64,000 nt of DNA from Giardia intestinalis (lineage: Eukaryota), in assembly GCA_000002435.2 (NCBI GenBank), contig CM018792.1, one strand, 5' to 3'. Each line of letters begins with the position of its first letter. Within the stretch, counting starts at the first letter, position 1. Under the pieces are notes generated by a model. That model was given only the letters and a program-made list of their open reading frames with translations, had not been told where the DNA came from and searched no databases. Both the position numbers and the translations under genes were made by a program. Shown here one piece after another: positions 7,933-18,020 of this stretch.

Positions 7933-9876
7933 TTATCTAAGTGTCATGTTTTGAACGGTGTTTCCGACTTCGCGTGCTAGGCGACTGTCCTCGGTGTCTC
8001 CATCACCTGCAAGTGTATGAAGAAGACTGGAAAGAAATTCGCCCGTTCTCTGCGAAAAGGACTGATTCGCCTTTGCAAGGATTCGTGTCAGATTGAATAC
8101 CTCCTTGCAAATGGTGTGCTTTGCTGTGCACATCTTTGAATTTTTCAGATAACCCATGATTGTCTGTGTAGATGGATCGGAGTCTAAAGATTCTACAATA
8201 TAGGCCCCCAAAATCCTCACCAAGCACTTAGCAATTAGACAGCAGTCCTGCCAAGAGGCCATATTGGAGTTTATATATTGTTGGAAGCGTGGCAGGATAT
8301 CACTGGTGAACTTGTTCAATCCGTAGGCCAAAAACATCAACGACAAAAGCGTGGCAGTGCGGTCGCGGACCAAGTCAGACGTGTCCTGGAGCCAGATCGG
8401 GAAATTAGTTAGAATATGATTGTAGATGTTGGGATGCTTTACCTGTACCAGTCGCTCAACAGATTCTATCAATGTGAGCCGTGTTCTCCACTGAATTTCC
8501 GTGTTGGTCATTTTGCAATGATTGTGTATGATTTTAGCAGCAACCTCCTGGAGACGATAGTCGACAGTTGAGTCTAGATACGCGTCTGTCAAAGCAACTA
8601 GCGCATGAGAGTGCACATCGATGTTAGCATCCATTGATAGCTTGAGCGCCATGTCGCATATTGTCGCCATCAGATTTTTGAGCTCCTCTGGCTGGAGACC
8701 TTTCTCCTGGATTGCTTTTGTTACCGGGTAGATACAGTGATCTGCAAGGCTGCACCTTGTCGCTGTGTCTGAGTCTGTAATGCGCTGGGCTAGGGCTGGC
8801 AGCATAGATTTCTGGAGAGAAGACGCATCCAAATAAGGTATTACGCTAGGAGCGAGACTCAGGGTGAGAGCCCGGATCTCTGGCTCATTGTCTTCGGATA
8901 ATAGACGATACATGACTGCGCAGTCGGAAGTATCCAGCTTTTTATGCATCTGTGCAAAAAAGAGCGGCATGATTTCTGCCGTATTTTTACGTACCAGCCA
9001 GTGACGATCGGTGGTGGCACGGGACACCGTCTTTATCAAAGCGGGCAACACTTCCTTGAGGTCTCGGGCCTCCTTTTGAAGAGACTGGTTTGTTGAGGAC
9101 TGCCCCTTAATTAGGACCGCCAGCTTGAGGAGGAGAAGTCCATTGATGACATTGACTGCACGCACATGGTCAATGGCGTCGAGGGCGAGACGCTCATAGC
9201 ATCTGAACAAAAATGACAGCTTTTGTATATGCTCATCACTCTCCTTCTGCTCAATTGTCAGTTCGATAAACTTCCTGAGGGAGTGGGCACCAACCCGACG
9301 AACTACGGAATCAGCATCCTGCACCCTGTCAGAGAAGATGGTCAGGACATGATTCAAGACTTGGCCCGCGTTAGCCATATTGGACTTCTTAATGTACTGA
9401 TAGAGGTAGGGGATCGACATAACCGAGAACTCTCTCTGTGGCGAGTACTGGGAAATTGCCAGAGTTGATAGAATGTGTGTGATAATTGGAGCCATATCCC
9501 CCGTGTAGTAACTCAAGAAGTGCTCGATGGATATGCTCAGTGCATTGTGAATATGAGGAGCTGTAAACGCCGAAAGCTCTGTAAAGCAGTTGATGAAGAG
9601 CTGAACTGCGGTAGGATCGAGAGTCTGCGTCGCCGATGACAGGCGTACCACTTCTGCAATTCGCTTAGCCAACGCAACGAGCACCTCTTCAGAGGTTTCC
9701 GGAATAATGTTTGTCAGAAAGGGTAAGAGGCGCTTTAGCGTATCTTCTGGTCCGATAGCACGGGCGAGTATAACGACGTTCTGCATGGCAGCAACGCGCA
9801 CATCCAAGTTCAGAACGGCAAGCTCAGTGGCAAAAAAGGCGATGGGATCGAACGACAGGCCAACAGATGACGCCAT
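7933..9876 (-). CDS. Protein phosphatase 2A scaffold (A/PR65) subunit, HEAT-repeat protein
   Basis: LNLDVRVAAMQNVVILARAIGPEDTLKRLLPFLTNIIPETSEEVLVALAKRIAEVV aligns with PR65 [34 protein letters not shown]...DEVLLALAEQLG. HEAT periodicity continues throughout. The track start at 9945 is TTG; in-frame ATGs lie at 9930 and 9876, and MASSVGLSFDPIAFF (9876) is the PR65-like N-terminus. Confidence 0.7.
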   Translation of the reverse strand: MASSVGLSFDPIAFFATELAVLNLDVRVAAMQNVVILARAIGPEDTLKRLLPFLTNIIPETSEEVLVALAKRIAEVVRLSSATQTLDPTAVQLFINCFTELSAFTAPHIHNALSISIEHFLSYYTGDMAPIITHILSTLAISQYSPQREFSVMSIPYLYQYIKKSNMANAGQVLNHVLTIFSDRVQDADSVVRRVGAHSLRKFIELTIEQKESDEHIQKLSFLFRCYERLALDAIDHVRAVNVINGLLLLKLAVLIKGQSSTNQSLQKEARDLKEVLPALIKTVSRATTDRHWLVRKNTAEIMPLFFAQMHKKLDTSDCAVMYRLLSEDNEPEIRALTLSLAPSVIPYLDASSLQKSMLPALAQRITDSDTATRCSLADHCIYPVTKAIQEKGLQPEELKNLMATICDMALKLSMDANIDVHSHALVALTDAYLDSTVDYRLQEVAAKIIHNHCKMTNTEIQWRTRLTLIESVERLVQVKHPNIYNHILTNFPIWLQDTSDLVRDRTATLLSLMFLAYGLNKFTSDILPRFQQYINSNMASWQDCCLIAKCLVRILGAYIVESLDSDPSTQTIMGYLKNSKMCTAKHTICKEVFNLTRILAKANQSFSQRTGEFLSSLLHTLAGDGDTEDSRLAREVGNTVQNMTLR

Positions 9877-9995
9877 TTTCTCGGTTCGGCGAACACTGTC
9901 AATTGAATATAAACCATGCGGTTTACACATTGAAATTGCAAACAAATCCTAACAAATTTAAATTCAAATCAGAATTGAGGGGAGCAAAAGTATCG
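9877..9995. promoter_or_regulatory. AT-rich bidirectional promoter region shared by PP2A-A (-) and RPS27 (+)
   Basis: Short A/T-rich spacer between divergent start codons, typical of diplomonad initiator-type promoters. Confidence 0.35.
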
Positions 9996-10241
9996 ATGAA
10001 CGTGGATCTTCTCTACCCCGACCCCGTCGAAGAGCAGCGCAAACACAAGCTGAAGCGCCTGGTACAGGGGCCAAACTCGTATTTCTTGGAGATAAAGTGT
10101 GCAGGCTGCCAGGACATCGTGGTTGTGTACTCTCATGCGAACACTCCTGTCTTCTGCCCTGGCTGCACATCACAGATTTCTATCCCCACAGGTGGGAAGT
10201 GCGCGTTCACGTCCCAGGTAGAGAGGTACAGACAGAAGTAG
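9996..10241 (+). CDS. RPS27: 40S ribosomal protein S27e (C4 zinc-ribbon)
   Basis: The 81-aa product MNVDLLYPDPVEEQRKHKLKRLVQGPNSYFLEIKCAGCQDIVVVYSHANTPVFCPGCTSQISIPTGGKCAFTSQ matches S27e almost residue for residue. The track ORF (9867) is extended upstream; the ATG at 9996 gives the canonical length. Confidence 0.9.
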   Translation: MNVDLLYPDPVEEQRKHKLKRLVQGPNSYFLEIKCAGCQDIVVVYSHANTPVFCPGCTSQISIPTGGKCAFTSQVERYRQK

Positions 10242-10253
10242 AGCCCGTTCTCC

Positions 10254-10260
10254 AGTAAAT
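10254..10260 (+). promoter_or_regulatory. AGTAAAT poly(A) signal for RPS27
   Basis: AGTRAAY match 13 nt after the TAG stop. Confidence 0.45.
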
Positions 10261-10282
10261 CTGCAGCTCAGACACTTAAGCG

Positions 10283-11101
10283 CTAGATCCTCGGTGGGTC
10301 GGCGGTGAGGAGCGCGAACGCAGCACCCAGAGAGAGGCAGAGGCTCCCGAAGCCTACCAGTTCTGCGAAGGAATGACTGTCGAGGTCGATGAAGATGAGC
10401 TGCCGCGCAGACGCCATGATCCCTATGAGAATAATGGACCGGATGTGATCATACCCCGTACTGATCTGTGTGAGGAGGGAGTCAAACAGTTCGGCCACAA
10501 GCAGGACCAGCGTAATACTTCGGATCACCTCTAGGTACTGCACCGTGTCCAGGACCATGTGTGGATACTCCATGTAGGCCCTTACCATGGAATGTCCTAC
10601 ATGGATAATGGACATGACAGAGACAACCACCATGATAACTCCTGCAGGAAGCAAGACATACTTGTCATATATAAAGAGCATAACCAGAACCATGCGGAAA
10701 TAGCATCTGTGCGCCCGGGAGGTGGAAAGGATCTTGTTTGCATCATCAGTAATTGTTGGAAGATGAGATGGTAAAAGTGTGCGGCCCTGGACTATGTGCT
10801 CCCTTCGCATCCGGTGTATCGTATTTATTGCTAAACTAGTGAGCACCTTGATGGACTGTAACTTCTGAGAAAGCCTGTTCATTTGAGGAGAACCTGCAGG
10901 TGAGTATTGCTGCCTCCGCTTATGCGAAGGAAAGAGCATATCTGGAGAGGCGATCACTAAAGACTCATCATGAATATCCAGAGATATTTCATCTGTAGCC
11001 TCCTGTATTGCAAGCTCTTCCTTCGCAAAGTCAATTATCTGGGTGTGCCCAGATGCCGTCTCGCCGCCCAAGTCCAACGACAAGACATCCGTGCCGCTCA
11101 T
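10283..11101 (-). CDS. hypothetical polytopic membrane protein
   Basis: ORF with several hydrophobic helices in the C-terminal half. The track start at 11179 is TTG; the first in-frame ATG (MSGTDVL) is at complement 11099-11101. Confidence 0.45.
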   Translation of the reverse strand: MSGTDVLSLDLGGETASGHTQIIDFAKEELAIQEATDEISLDIHDESLVIASPDMLFPSHKRRQQYSPAGSPQMNRLSQKLQSIKVLTSLAINTIHRMRREHIVQGRTLLPSHLPTITDDANKILSTSRAHRCYFRMVLVMLFIYDKYVLLPAGVIMVVVSVMSIIHVGHSMVRAYMEYPHMVLDTVQYLEVIRSITLVLLVAELFDSLLTQISTGYDHIRSIILIGIMASARQLIFIDLDSHSFAELVGFGSLCLSLGAAFALLTADPPRI

Positions 11102-11172
11102 TGCACTTTGCCAGCTGCGCTGTGCATACTGTAATAAAACTTTGAATTCAAAAGCAATTGTCAATTTACTAA

Positions 11173-12360
11173 ATGGCAAAGATTGATAAAATATGTTATA
11201 ATAAATTATGTCGAATGAAAAAGTTCATGTACCCCACCATTGTTAGCACAGAATGGCTAGGGGACCACGTGCAAAAGAGTGCAGTTCGTCTATTTGATTG
11301 CACACTCTATTCTGGCATTTCAGCCGCAGAGGCATCAGAGAGGTTCAGCAAGGCTCACATTCCCACAGCGGCACAATTTCGCGTACAGCTAGATATAGAT
11401 GTCGATCTGGATGAATATACCATCATCCCTAAGCCGAACATCTTTGCTAAGTATGTAACCATGGCAGGACTGTCAAGGGGACTGCACTGTGTGTTATATG
11501 ATACAGATGGAAAGAGCGCATATAGAATATGGTGGCTTTTAAATTTCTTCTCCCATCCTAAAGTGTCGATCTATCCTGGCGGTCTTAAGGAGTGGATCGA
11601 GAAAGGAATGCCCATAGACTCCAAGCGGAAAGTACAGCAAATCTCGGTGCCAAAAACCGCCTTTTCTTCACACCCTCGTTTTGAAATGATTGTTAAACCG
11701 TCCGATATACGTCGATTTGTCTTACAGAATATCAGTGATAAAACCGATGTTGTTTCCACCCTGTATCCAAGATTCTTTACAATGATAGAAGAGATTGACA
11801 TGGCCCTTGACTCTAAGTCCTTTGTATCGCGACTCGAAATTGGTGACACAAGCTCATCTTCTAGTCCTACAGAGAATACTGTTAGACAATTGGTTGATGT
11901 CCGTGCAATAAGACGAGATGAACATCCCTGTCAAATAGATTGCAATTACGTTGATCAAGATGAAAGCGGGGATCCTTGTAGTACATCAACGAGCGGAGAG
12001 GGAAGCCTGCACGAAAAAGATCTGCAGGCACTGCATCATACACCACAGACACAGCAAGCACGGTTAGAGTCCATTCCCTTTTCTCTTATAATGCCATATA
12101 CCAGCTTCTTGGATGAAAGTGGTGTGATAGTAGGTAGTTCCGCTGTTCTCAGATCCAAGTTCCGCTCAGCAGGGATAGACATAACAAAGCCGGTGACATT
12201 TTACGGAGATAGTGGATATGAAACTTCTGTTGCTGTATTGGCAGCTGTGTTAGCCAGCGGACAAAGCCCCAGTATCTATAGCATACTAAAGGATCCACTC
12301 CTTAGGTTTTGGTCAGTGTACGGAGGCTCACTAAATACTGCCCACTCCGATGATAAGTGA
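11173..12360 (+). CDS. rhodanese-like (thiosulfate/3-mercaptopyruvate sulfurtransferase family) tandem-domain protein, probably catalytically inactive
   Basis: VSTEWLGDHVQ...RFSKAHIP and CVLYDTDGKSAYRIWWLLNFFSHPKVSIYPGGLKEW align with the rhodanese N-domain. The C-domain loop TKPVTFYGDSGYETS replaces the CRKGVTA active-site Cys. There is an insertion between the two domains. Confidence 0.55.
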   Translation: MAKIDKICYNKLCRMKKFMYPTIVSTEWLGDHVQKSAVRLFDCTLYSGISAAEASERFSKAHIPTAAQFRVQLDIDVDLDEYTIIPKPNIFAKYVTMAGLSRGLHCVLYDTDGKSAYRIWWLLNFFSHPKVSIYPGGLKEWIEKGMPIDSKRKVQQISVPKTAFSSHPRFEMIVKPSDIRRFVLQNISDKTDVVSTLYPRFFTMIEEIDMALDSKSFVSRLEIGDTSSSSSPTENTVRQLVDVRAIRRDEHPCQIDCNYVDQDESGDPCSTSTSGEGSLHEKDLQALHHTPQTQQARLESIPFSLIMPYTSFLDESGVIVGSSAVLRSKFRSAGIDITKPVTFYGDSGYETSVAVLAAVLASGQSPSIYSILKDPLLRFWSVYGGSLNTAHSDDK

Positions 12361-12426
12361 CCTCAACCTGATCATCGTACACCCCCATAAATATTACATA
12401 TTCCTCTCCACCAATATTTAATAATT

Positions 12427-14049
12427 CTATTGCACCATATTTTCGTCTGATGGCAGTGATTCTAAGAGTTCAGGTAGTATAGGCAGGTATGTAAGCAGTG
12501 ATCCGTTGGATGCTGTAACAACCATGGAAGTGCCCGGTACAAACCTGAAACACTTTCGGACCATTTGGCCACACTTAGCTACACTCCCGGGACTCCATAT
12601 TACACCATCAATATCGCATGCTTCTTGGTGGTCTGATGGGGGTGTCGACCTATTCGATATGTCCCAATATATCGAGTCTCCTATTCCGTTGAGGCTAGCC
12701 AGTACTACCACGTTATCATCCGGGCTCCACTCAATGTACTGGTTACTAACGAAAGTAAAGATGTGTGAGAAGCAGAGACGTCCATCTGGTTGCTTCTTAA
12801 AAGAGTCTGCTATCTGTCTACAAGTACCCAAATCAAAATCTATTAGGATATAAGGAGTCGTGTTATTCCTAGCTGCTGACTCATTTGTTCGCATAAATAC
12901 ATCCAGGAGATGGGGTATTTCTGGAAAGTGGAGTCGAGCAATCAGTCTGGCTTCCTGAGCAGATCCCCTGGCTATCAGATGAGCAGAGGGGCCAGAAGAG
13001 GCCGTAGAGACGCGAGGTACAAATCCTTGATCAATTAGGTATACTGCCATGTGAGTTTTAAACGCTAAAAGTAGCTTAGTGCCATCGTTAGAAATAGATA
13101 CTCTCTGTATTCCTTTACATTCTCTGGCCTCATCAAATGATAGAACCTTTATTATGGAGGGCTCAAGGCTGTGCCTACTTGCATGTGAAGCGCCTCTCTG
13201 CCCCATCGCCGAGGTATGCTCTGTCACTATCTTTTCATCGATGTGGATGAAGTAAACCCTTGTACCAGATGCAACAGCAATTGTGCCGTGTTTGGGGGTA
13301 GTAGCAACAGATATTAAGTTCGGAAAGGCTATCCTCGCTGGCTTGATCGAGCGAGTGCCTGAAATACTATTCAATTGACATACTGTAAGGGTTCGAGGTT
13401 CTACAAGATAGATGAACGATGTCCCAGACTTCATTGCAGCACCTTGCTGGTTAGACGGATCAGATTTCACCGCCGCTGAACCAACTGATGAGAACGGGTG
13501 ACTTTCACTAATAATCTCAACAGGCTCACAAGAGCAGAAAACGCGCTTAACTGATATGCATGCACGTTTGTAATCCGTGGGGATCTCTACTACTATTATG
13601 TAATGAGGTGCCTCTTCTGTCACTATCAAGACGCTCAATACAGGGGTCGATACTTCATACAATGGTTGCTGTCCGAACGGGGTTTTTAATTGCAATTCAG
13701 AGCAGATACAAGCGCTTCGCACTGTGAATCTCTCGCCCATTCCCTGAGCTTGTTGGTCCTGCTTTGGTACTATCTCGATAATAGATAAACAATCGCCGCT
13801 AAGAGCGTTATAGATATACAAAAGTGGCCCAGCAATTACAATCATGAAGTCTGGAAAGCGTGGATGAAAACCGATAAAGGAAATATCTGCGTTAGTGGAG
13901 AGTGCTCGCAACTTGAGCTCTTCAGAGATTTGCTTAGATAGGGCAGTATCATGATAGGGCAACCATCCAGATCCTTCGGCTATAGGGCGCCCTACTTGGC
14001 GCATCTTCTCCATCACGCCTCCATCCATGGATATCAGAGGCCCAGGCAT
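12427..14049 (-). CDS. hypothetical protein (540 aa)
   Basis: Long ATG-initiated ORF converging on the rhodanese gene; no motif recognised. Confidence 0.5.
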   Translation of the reverse strand: MPGPLISMDGGVMEKMRQVGRPIAEGSGWLPYHDTALSKQISEELKLRALSTNADISFIGFHPRFPDFMIVIAGPLLYIYNALSGDCLSIIEIVPKQDQQAQGMGERFTVRSACICSELQLKTPFGQQPLYEVSTPVLSVLIVTEEAPHYIIVVEIPTDYKRACISVKRVFCSCEPVEIISESHPFSSVGSAAVKSDPSNQQGAAMKSGTSFIYLVEPRTLTVCQLNSISGTRSIKPARIAFPNLISVATTPKHGTIAVASGTRVYFIHIDEKIVTEHTSAMGQRGASHASRHSLEPSIIKVLSFDEARECKGIQRVSISNDGTKLLLAFKTHMAVYLIDQGFVPRVSTASSGPSAHLIARGSAQEARLIARLHFPEIPHLLDVFMRTNESAARNNTTPYILIDFDLGTCRQIADSFKKQPDGRLCFSHIFTFVSNQYIEWSPDDNVVVLASLNGIGDSIYWDISNRSTPPSDHQEACDIDGVIWSPGSVAKCGQMVRKCFRFVPGTSMVVTASNGSLLTYLPILPELLESLPSDENMVQ

Positions 14050-15301
14050 GGAGTTTCAAATTTAATTTGTGCTACTGATTCTTATATATGTGAAGAATTT
14101 ACTACGCTTCAGGGGAGCGGTCTTGCTCGCCACTACTGAGCCACGTGGACATGTGGAAACTAGCAACTTGGTAACTATACAAAGATGTGGATCGATAGGC
14201 CATATGGAATCAGACCTTACAAGTGAACCTCGGCACCAGATGCAAGAGGATGGAGTGAAACTGGATAGGAATAATGGGGCTACCCATATGCTCTGATATT
14301 TCAGAGTATCTGAAACCACTACTCAATTATCACAATAGAACCTTAAGCTATATAAGCTCATTATAAATATATATGCCAATACCCTACTACTACTGTATGA
14401 TTCCTATAGCACAATATGAAAGACACTATCGAAGAAAAATTAAGCAGACCCATCAATTCAAGTCAGTAGTACTATAGCCATAATGATATAGTAAGTATTC
14501 CTTCAAGTGGCCTCACGGTAAATAGGTACTAGTAATAGGCTTCAGTAATAATCCTGCATTGCAAGACGACCTGCTAATGCTGATAAGAGCATGTAGCACA
14601 CTCTATTATAAGCATCGCTTCCACTGGCAGCGACAACTGGAAAATTCATCGATAGGCCGTCTGTTTTCCTTCTGGACAAACCGTGACCCTCCGGGACAAA
14701 TTTGATATGTCGTGTCAGTATCCCAGTGAGCTCCGATTGATTGCTCATGATAGTATGTGTTTGACCCCTGCTCTGCTGTTTCATGACCCTGTGCGACTCC
14801 ATGCAGATCTCCTGTGTGTGTCCTTCACGGCTATCTGGGCATAGTCGCCACGGTCTCTCGTAGTTCTGTTCCCTACTGTTACAGGCCACATGCTAGCCGC
14901 CTACACAATACTAGAGCAGCTGTAGACAAGACCGGGGCGGATCGATGAACCAGTGTGTCTGGCTTCCCCTCTGGCTGTATCTTCTATTTAGTTCAACACT
15001 CTCAGATAGCATCCTTTACATAACAGATTTTGTTAAGTACATGGATTCATTCTTAACCTTCCACTGTTACTACAGACGACCGAGCTGTTTGGCTGATGCA
15101 TGCCTCTGTAGACGGTATTATTCTAAACTATACAATTTACAGGGGTAGGCAGAGAGTATGAGGACCGAAGAGAAGGGAACTCAGATAGAGTCCTAGCTCA
15201 GCGGGATAGTGTCATCGTGGTCACGTTATCAATGAGTGGCAGGCTTACACATATAGAAACCCTTTGGTACATATTGTGCTACACTTTATGAAAAACGCTA
15301 A

Positions 15302-17785
15302 ATGCTCGGCCTTCTGCCGCTGGCTCTCCTTGCTTCTCTTTGCAAAAGTTCAAGAGATGTGTATTACAACAAGTTCGGCGTGGGATGTGAGGGCAAGCAG
15401 GAGAATTGCGCCCAGGATAGATGTATCTTACTAGGATCAGATCAATTGTGCACCCAGTGCGTTCCTGGGTATGTTCCAATAGATGGAAAATGCCAGAAAT
15501 ACCCAGGAGCTAGCTCCCCTCCATGTACTCCGGATGACCCTGCATCGCCGACTCGGTGTATTGCATGCAAACAGGAAACAAACATATTTTTATTCTATGG
15601 CAGCTGCTATAAAATTACAACAACACAGGACAGAAATCTGGGCAATTTCTTGTGCTCTGAAGCATCGAATGGAGTGTGTACTGAATGCTATAAAAATAAC
15701 ACTGAAATGTATGTTTTCACCAATCCAGACACAAGTGCAGCTGAGAAGTGCATCCTGTGCTCCGACACGGTCGGGTTCAATGGGTACAAGGGTGCCTCTG
15801 GGTGCCTAGATTGCCTTCCCCCCATCACTGATAAAATAGGCATCGCTCTGTGTGTTAAATGTCACTATACTGACAAGGATAGACATTTTTATCCGATTGA
15901 CTATCAATGCCAAGCCAAAGGGCCTCACAATTGCGTCAATGGTTACTGCACGTCATGCTACAAGACACATTTGTTCTATGAGTATGGATGCTACAGCCGA
16001 CACAGTTCGACTGGATTTGCCATCTGTGTAGAAGCCAACCAGTACGAACTAGATAATGTTACTATCTGCAAAGAGTGCGCAAATGCATCATACGCACCCA
16101 GGAACGGAGCATGCATTCTTATCAAGGAAAATCCATCTATTGAAGAGATCGCTTTTAAGTGCACAAAGGATCCAACTAAGGGACTATGCACGGCCTGTCC
16201 CGCTTCTGCGAAGTCCTTCCTCTTCTACGGCGGCTGCTACGACGAGGACGCCCATATTAGCTCAAGACTCTGTTCAAGAATTGGATCAAATGCCTGTGAA
16301 CAATGGAATAGTGCTTTCAAATGGATCTTCTCTAAGAATGGCGATAACAATAAAAATGGATATCTGTGTGGCGATATTGCAAACGGTGGCATCTCTGGCT
16401 GTGCTACGTGTAACTATGCCAGCGGTGCTGTCACTTGCACGCGGTGCTCGGCAGGGTGCCTAGGAGTGGACGGGAAGTCCTGCAGTGAAGGCTGCAGCGG
16501 AGACACTCGGGGAGTGTGCACGAAGGTAGCAGAGGGGAGCGAGTCAACTGAAGTGTCGTGTCGATGCGTCTGCAAGCCGACGTTCTACAACAGCTCCGGA
16601 ACGTGCATATCATGCACGGACTCGTGCGCTGTCTGCAAGGATGGCACACTAACCGGCTGTCAGCAGTGCAGCCCCGGCAAGATCCTGAACTTCTCGATCG
16701 TCTCTAGCGAGAGTGCAGACTGCATCAATCAGTGTTCTGTTAGTAGTGAGTGTGCAGAGTGCGGCATCACCATCGACGGCAGCAGGTACTGCACGCGCTG
16801 CAAGGACGCAAGCACGTATCCGTTCAACGGGGTGTGTATTCCGAACACACAAAGAGACGCGTACTGTACCAGCACGGCAAATGGTGCTTGTACTACATGC
16901 TCAGGAGCGGCCTTCCTGATGAACGGGGGCTGCTACACAACGGAGCACTATCCGGGAAGCACTATCTGTGACAAGCAGTCAAATGGAAAGTGTGAGAAGA
17001 CCAAGGAGGGGTACGGGATATCGGACGATGGAAAGCTGCTGGAGTGCGATCCGACATGTCTGGCGTGCACTGCCCCTGGCCCCGGCCACTGCACCAGGTG
17101 CCCCTCTGGAGCGCTCCTGAAGAGGGCCTCGGGTGCCGCCACCGGGAGCTGCGTCGACCCCGGCGCCTGTGGGGACGGGTACTACGCATACGGAGACGCG
17201 TGCCTGCCCTGCGCCACTCCGGGGTGCAAGACCTGCGGGCATGCCTCCTTCTGCACAGAGTGCGCGGGGGAGCTCTTCGTGAGCCTGGACGGGCAGTCGT
17301 GCCTGGGGGAGTGCACCGGGGACAAGGTGGTGGGAGAGGTGTCCGGCGGCGTGCGGAGGTGCTGGTGCGAGCGGGGCTTCCTGCCGGCGCTGGACAGGTC
17401 CGGGTGTGTGCTCCCAACCGAGTGTCCCCCTGACATGCCGTTGTGTGCTGCCTGCGATGAGTCGGGTAGGTGCCTCTTGTGTGTCACCTCGGGCCACAAC
17501 GTCCAAGTAGACCAGCGGACGTGTGCAGAGGGGTGCGGTGCCAGGGCCTCATCGAACCAGGGGCTGTGCATGTGCGAGCTCGACGCGGTCCTCACGAAGG
17601 GCGTCTGTGTCCCAGCCAAGGAGCTGGCCAGGAAGAGGACGGCGGCGATCGCAGGAGGAACAGTGGCCGGGGTAGCTGTCATCGGTGTTTTGGTTGGTTT
17701 CCTTTGCTGGTGGTTCCTTTGTAGAGGCAAGCGCATCGGCGCTTCTCCGAGTACCACGGCGCTTGTTCGCCCGAAGTCCGTATAA
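15302..17785 (+). CDS. High-cysteine membrane protein (HCMP; VSP-like cysteine-rich surface protein)
   Basis: Signal peptide MLGLLPLALLASLC; dozens of CXXC and CXC motifs; repeated GGCY/GSCY motifs (FLFYGSCYK, FLFYGGCYD, FLMNGGCYT); a single C-terminal TM helix and the short tail CRGKRIGASPSTTALVRPKSV. Confidence 0.85.
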   Translation: MLGLLPLALLASLCKSSRDVYYNKFGVGCEGKQENCAQDRCILLGSDQLCTQCVPGYVPIDGKCQKYPGASSPPCTPDDPASPTRCIACKQETNIFLFYGSCYKITTTQDRNLGNFLCSEASNGVCTECYKNNTEMYVFTNPDTSAAEKCILCSDTVGFNGYKGASGCLDCLPPITDKIGIALCVKCHYTDKDRHFYPIDYQCQAKGPHNCVNGYCTSCYKTHLFYEYGCYSRHSSTGFAICVEANQYELDNVTICKECANASYAPRNGACILIKENPSIEEIAFKCTKDPTKGLCTACPASAKSFLFYGGCYDEDAHISSRLCSRIGSNACEQWNSAFKWIFSKNGDNNKNGYLCGDIANGGISGCATCNYASGAVTCTRCSAGCLGVDGKSCSEGCSGDTRGVCTKVAEGSESTEVSCRCVCKPTFYNSSGTCISCTDSCAVCKDGTLTGCQQCSPGKILNFSIVSSESADCINQCSVSSECAECGITIDGSRYCTRCKDASTYPFNGVCIPNTQRDAYCTSTANGACTTCSGAAFLMNGGCYTTEHYPGSTICDKQSNGKCEKTKEGYGISDDGKLLECDPTCLACTAPGPGHCTRCPSGALLKRASGAATGSCVDPGACGDGYYAYGDACLPCATPGCKTCGHASFCTECAGELFVSLDGQSCLGECTGDKVVGEVSGGVRRCWCERGFLPALDRSGCVLPTECPPDMPLCAACDESGRCLLCVTSGHNVQVDQRTCAEGCGARASSNQGLCMCELDAVLTKGVCVPAKELARKRTAAIAGGTVAGVAVIGVLVGFLCWWFLCRGKRIGASPSTTALVRPKSV

Positions 17786-18020
17786 CAATTCCAACAGCTT
17801 GCGATACGGATATCTACAATAGGGCCGTGCTCGCGGTGTGCTGAGCACTATTCTCGGTGTCCTTCCACAGTGAACGACTTGATCTGCATCCGCGCTGTCT
17901 TGCTGCGGCGCCTCTGGGTGCGCTCCAGCTAGCGGATAGAAAGGCAGCCTGCCCACACCGCCCGCCCGGGAGCCCGGCCGGCCCGGGAGCTTTCCATAAA
18001 ATACTTCGGCGGCCGCGGGC

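Noticed and set aside
14062-14889. Short ORFs (62-115 aa) in the 14050-15301 spacer and in the 21954-22546 spacer
   Set aside because: They overlap one another on both strands, have no recognisable motifs, and their composition reflects the AT-rich spacer. Most likely non-coding, though decayed pseudogene remnants cannot be excluded.
15185-15245. tRNA-like fragment (tcctagctcagcgggatagtg) in the spacer upstream of the HCMP gene
   Set aside because: It resembles a D-arm, but the 3' half of the D stem, the anticodon arm and the acceptor pairing cannot be completed. Not a tRNA.
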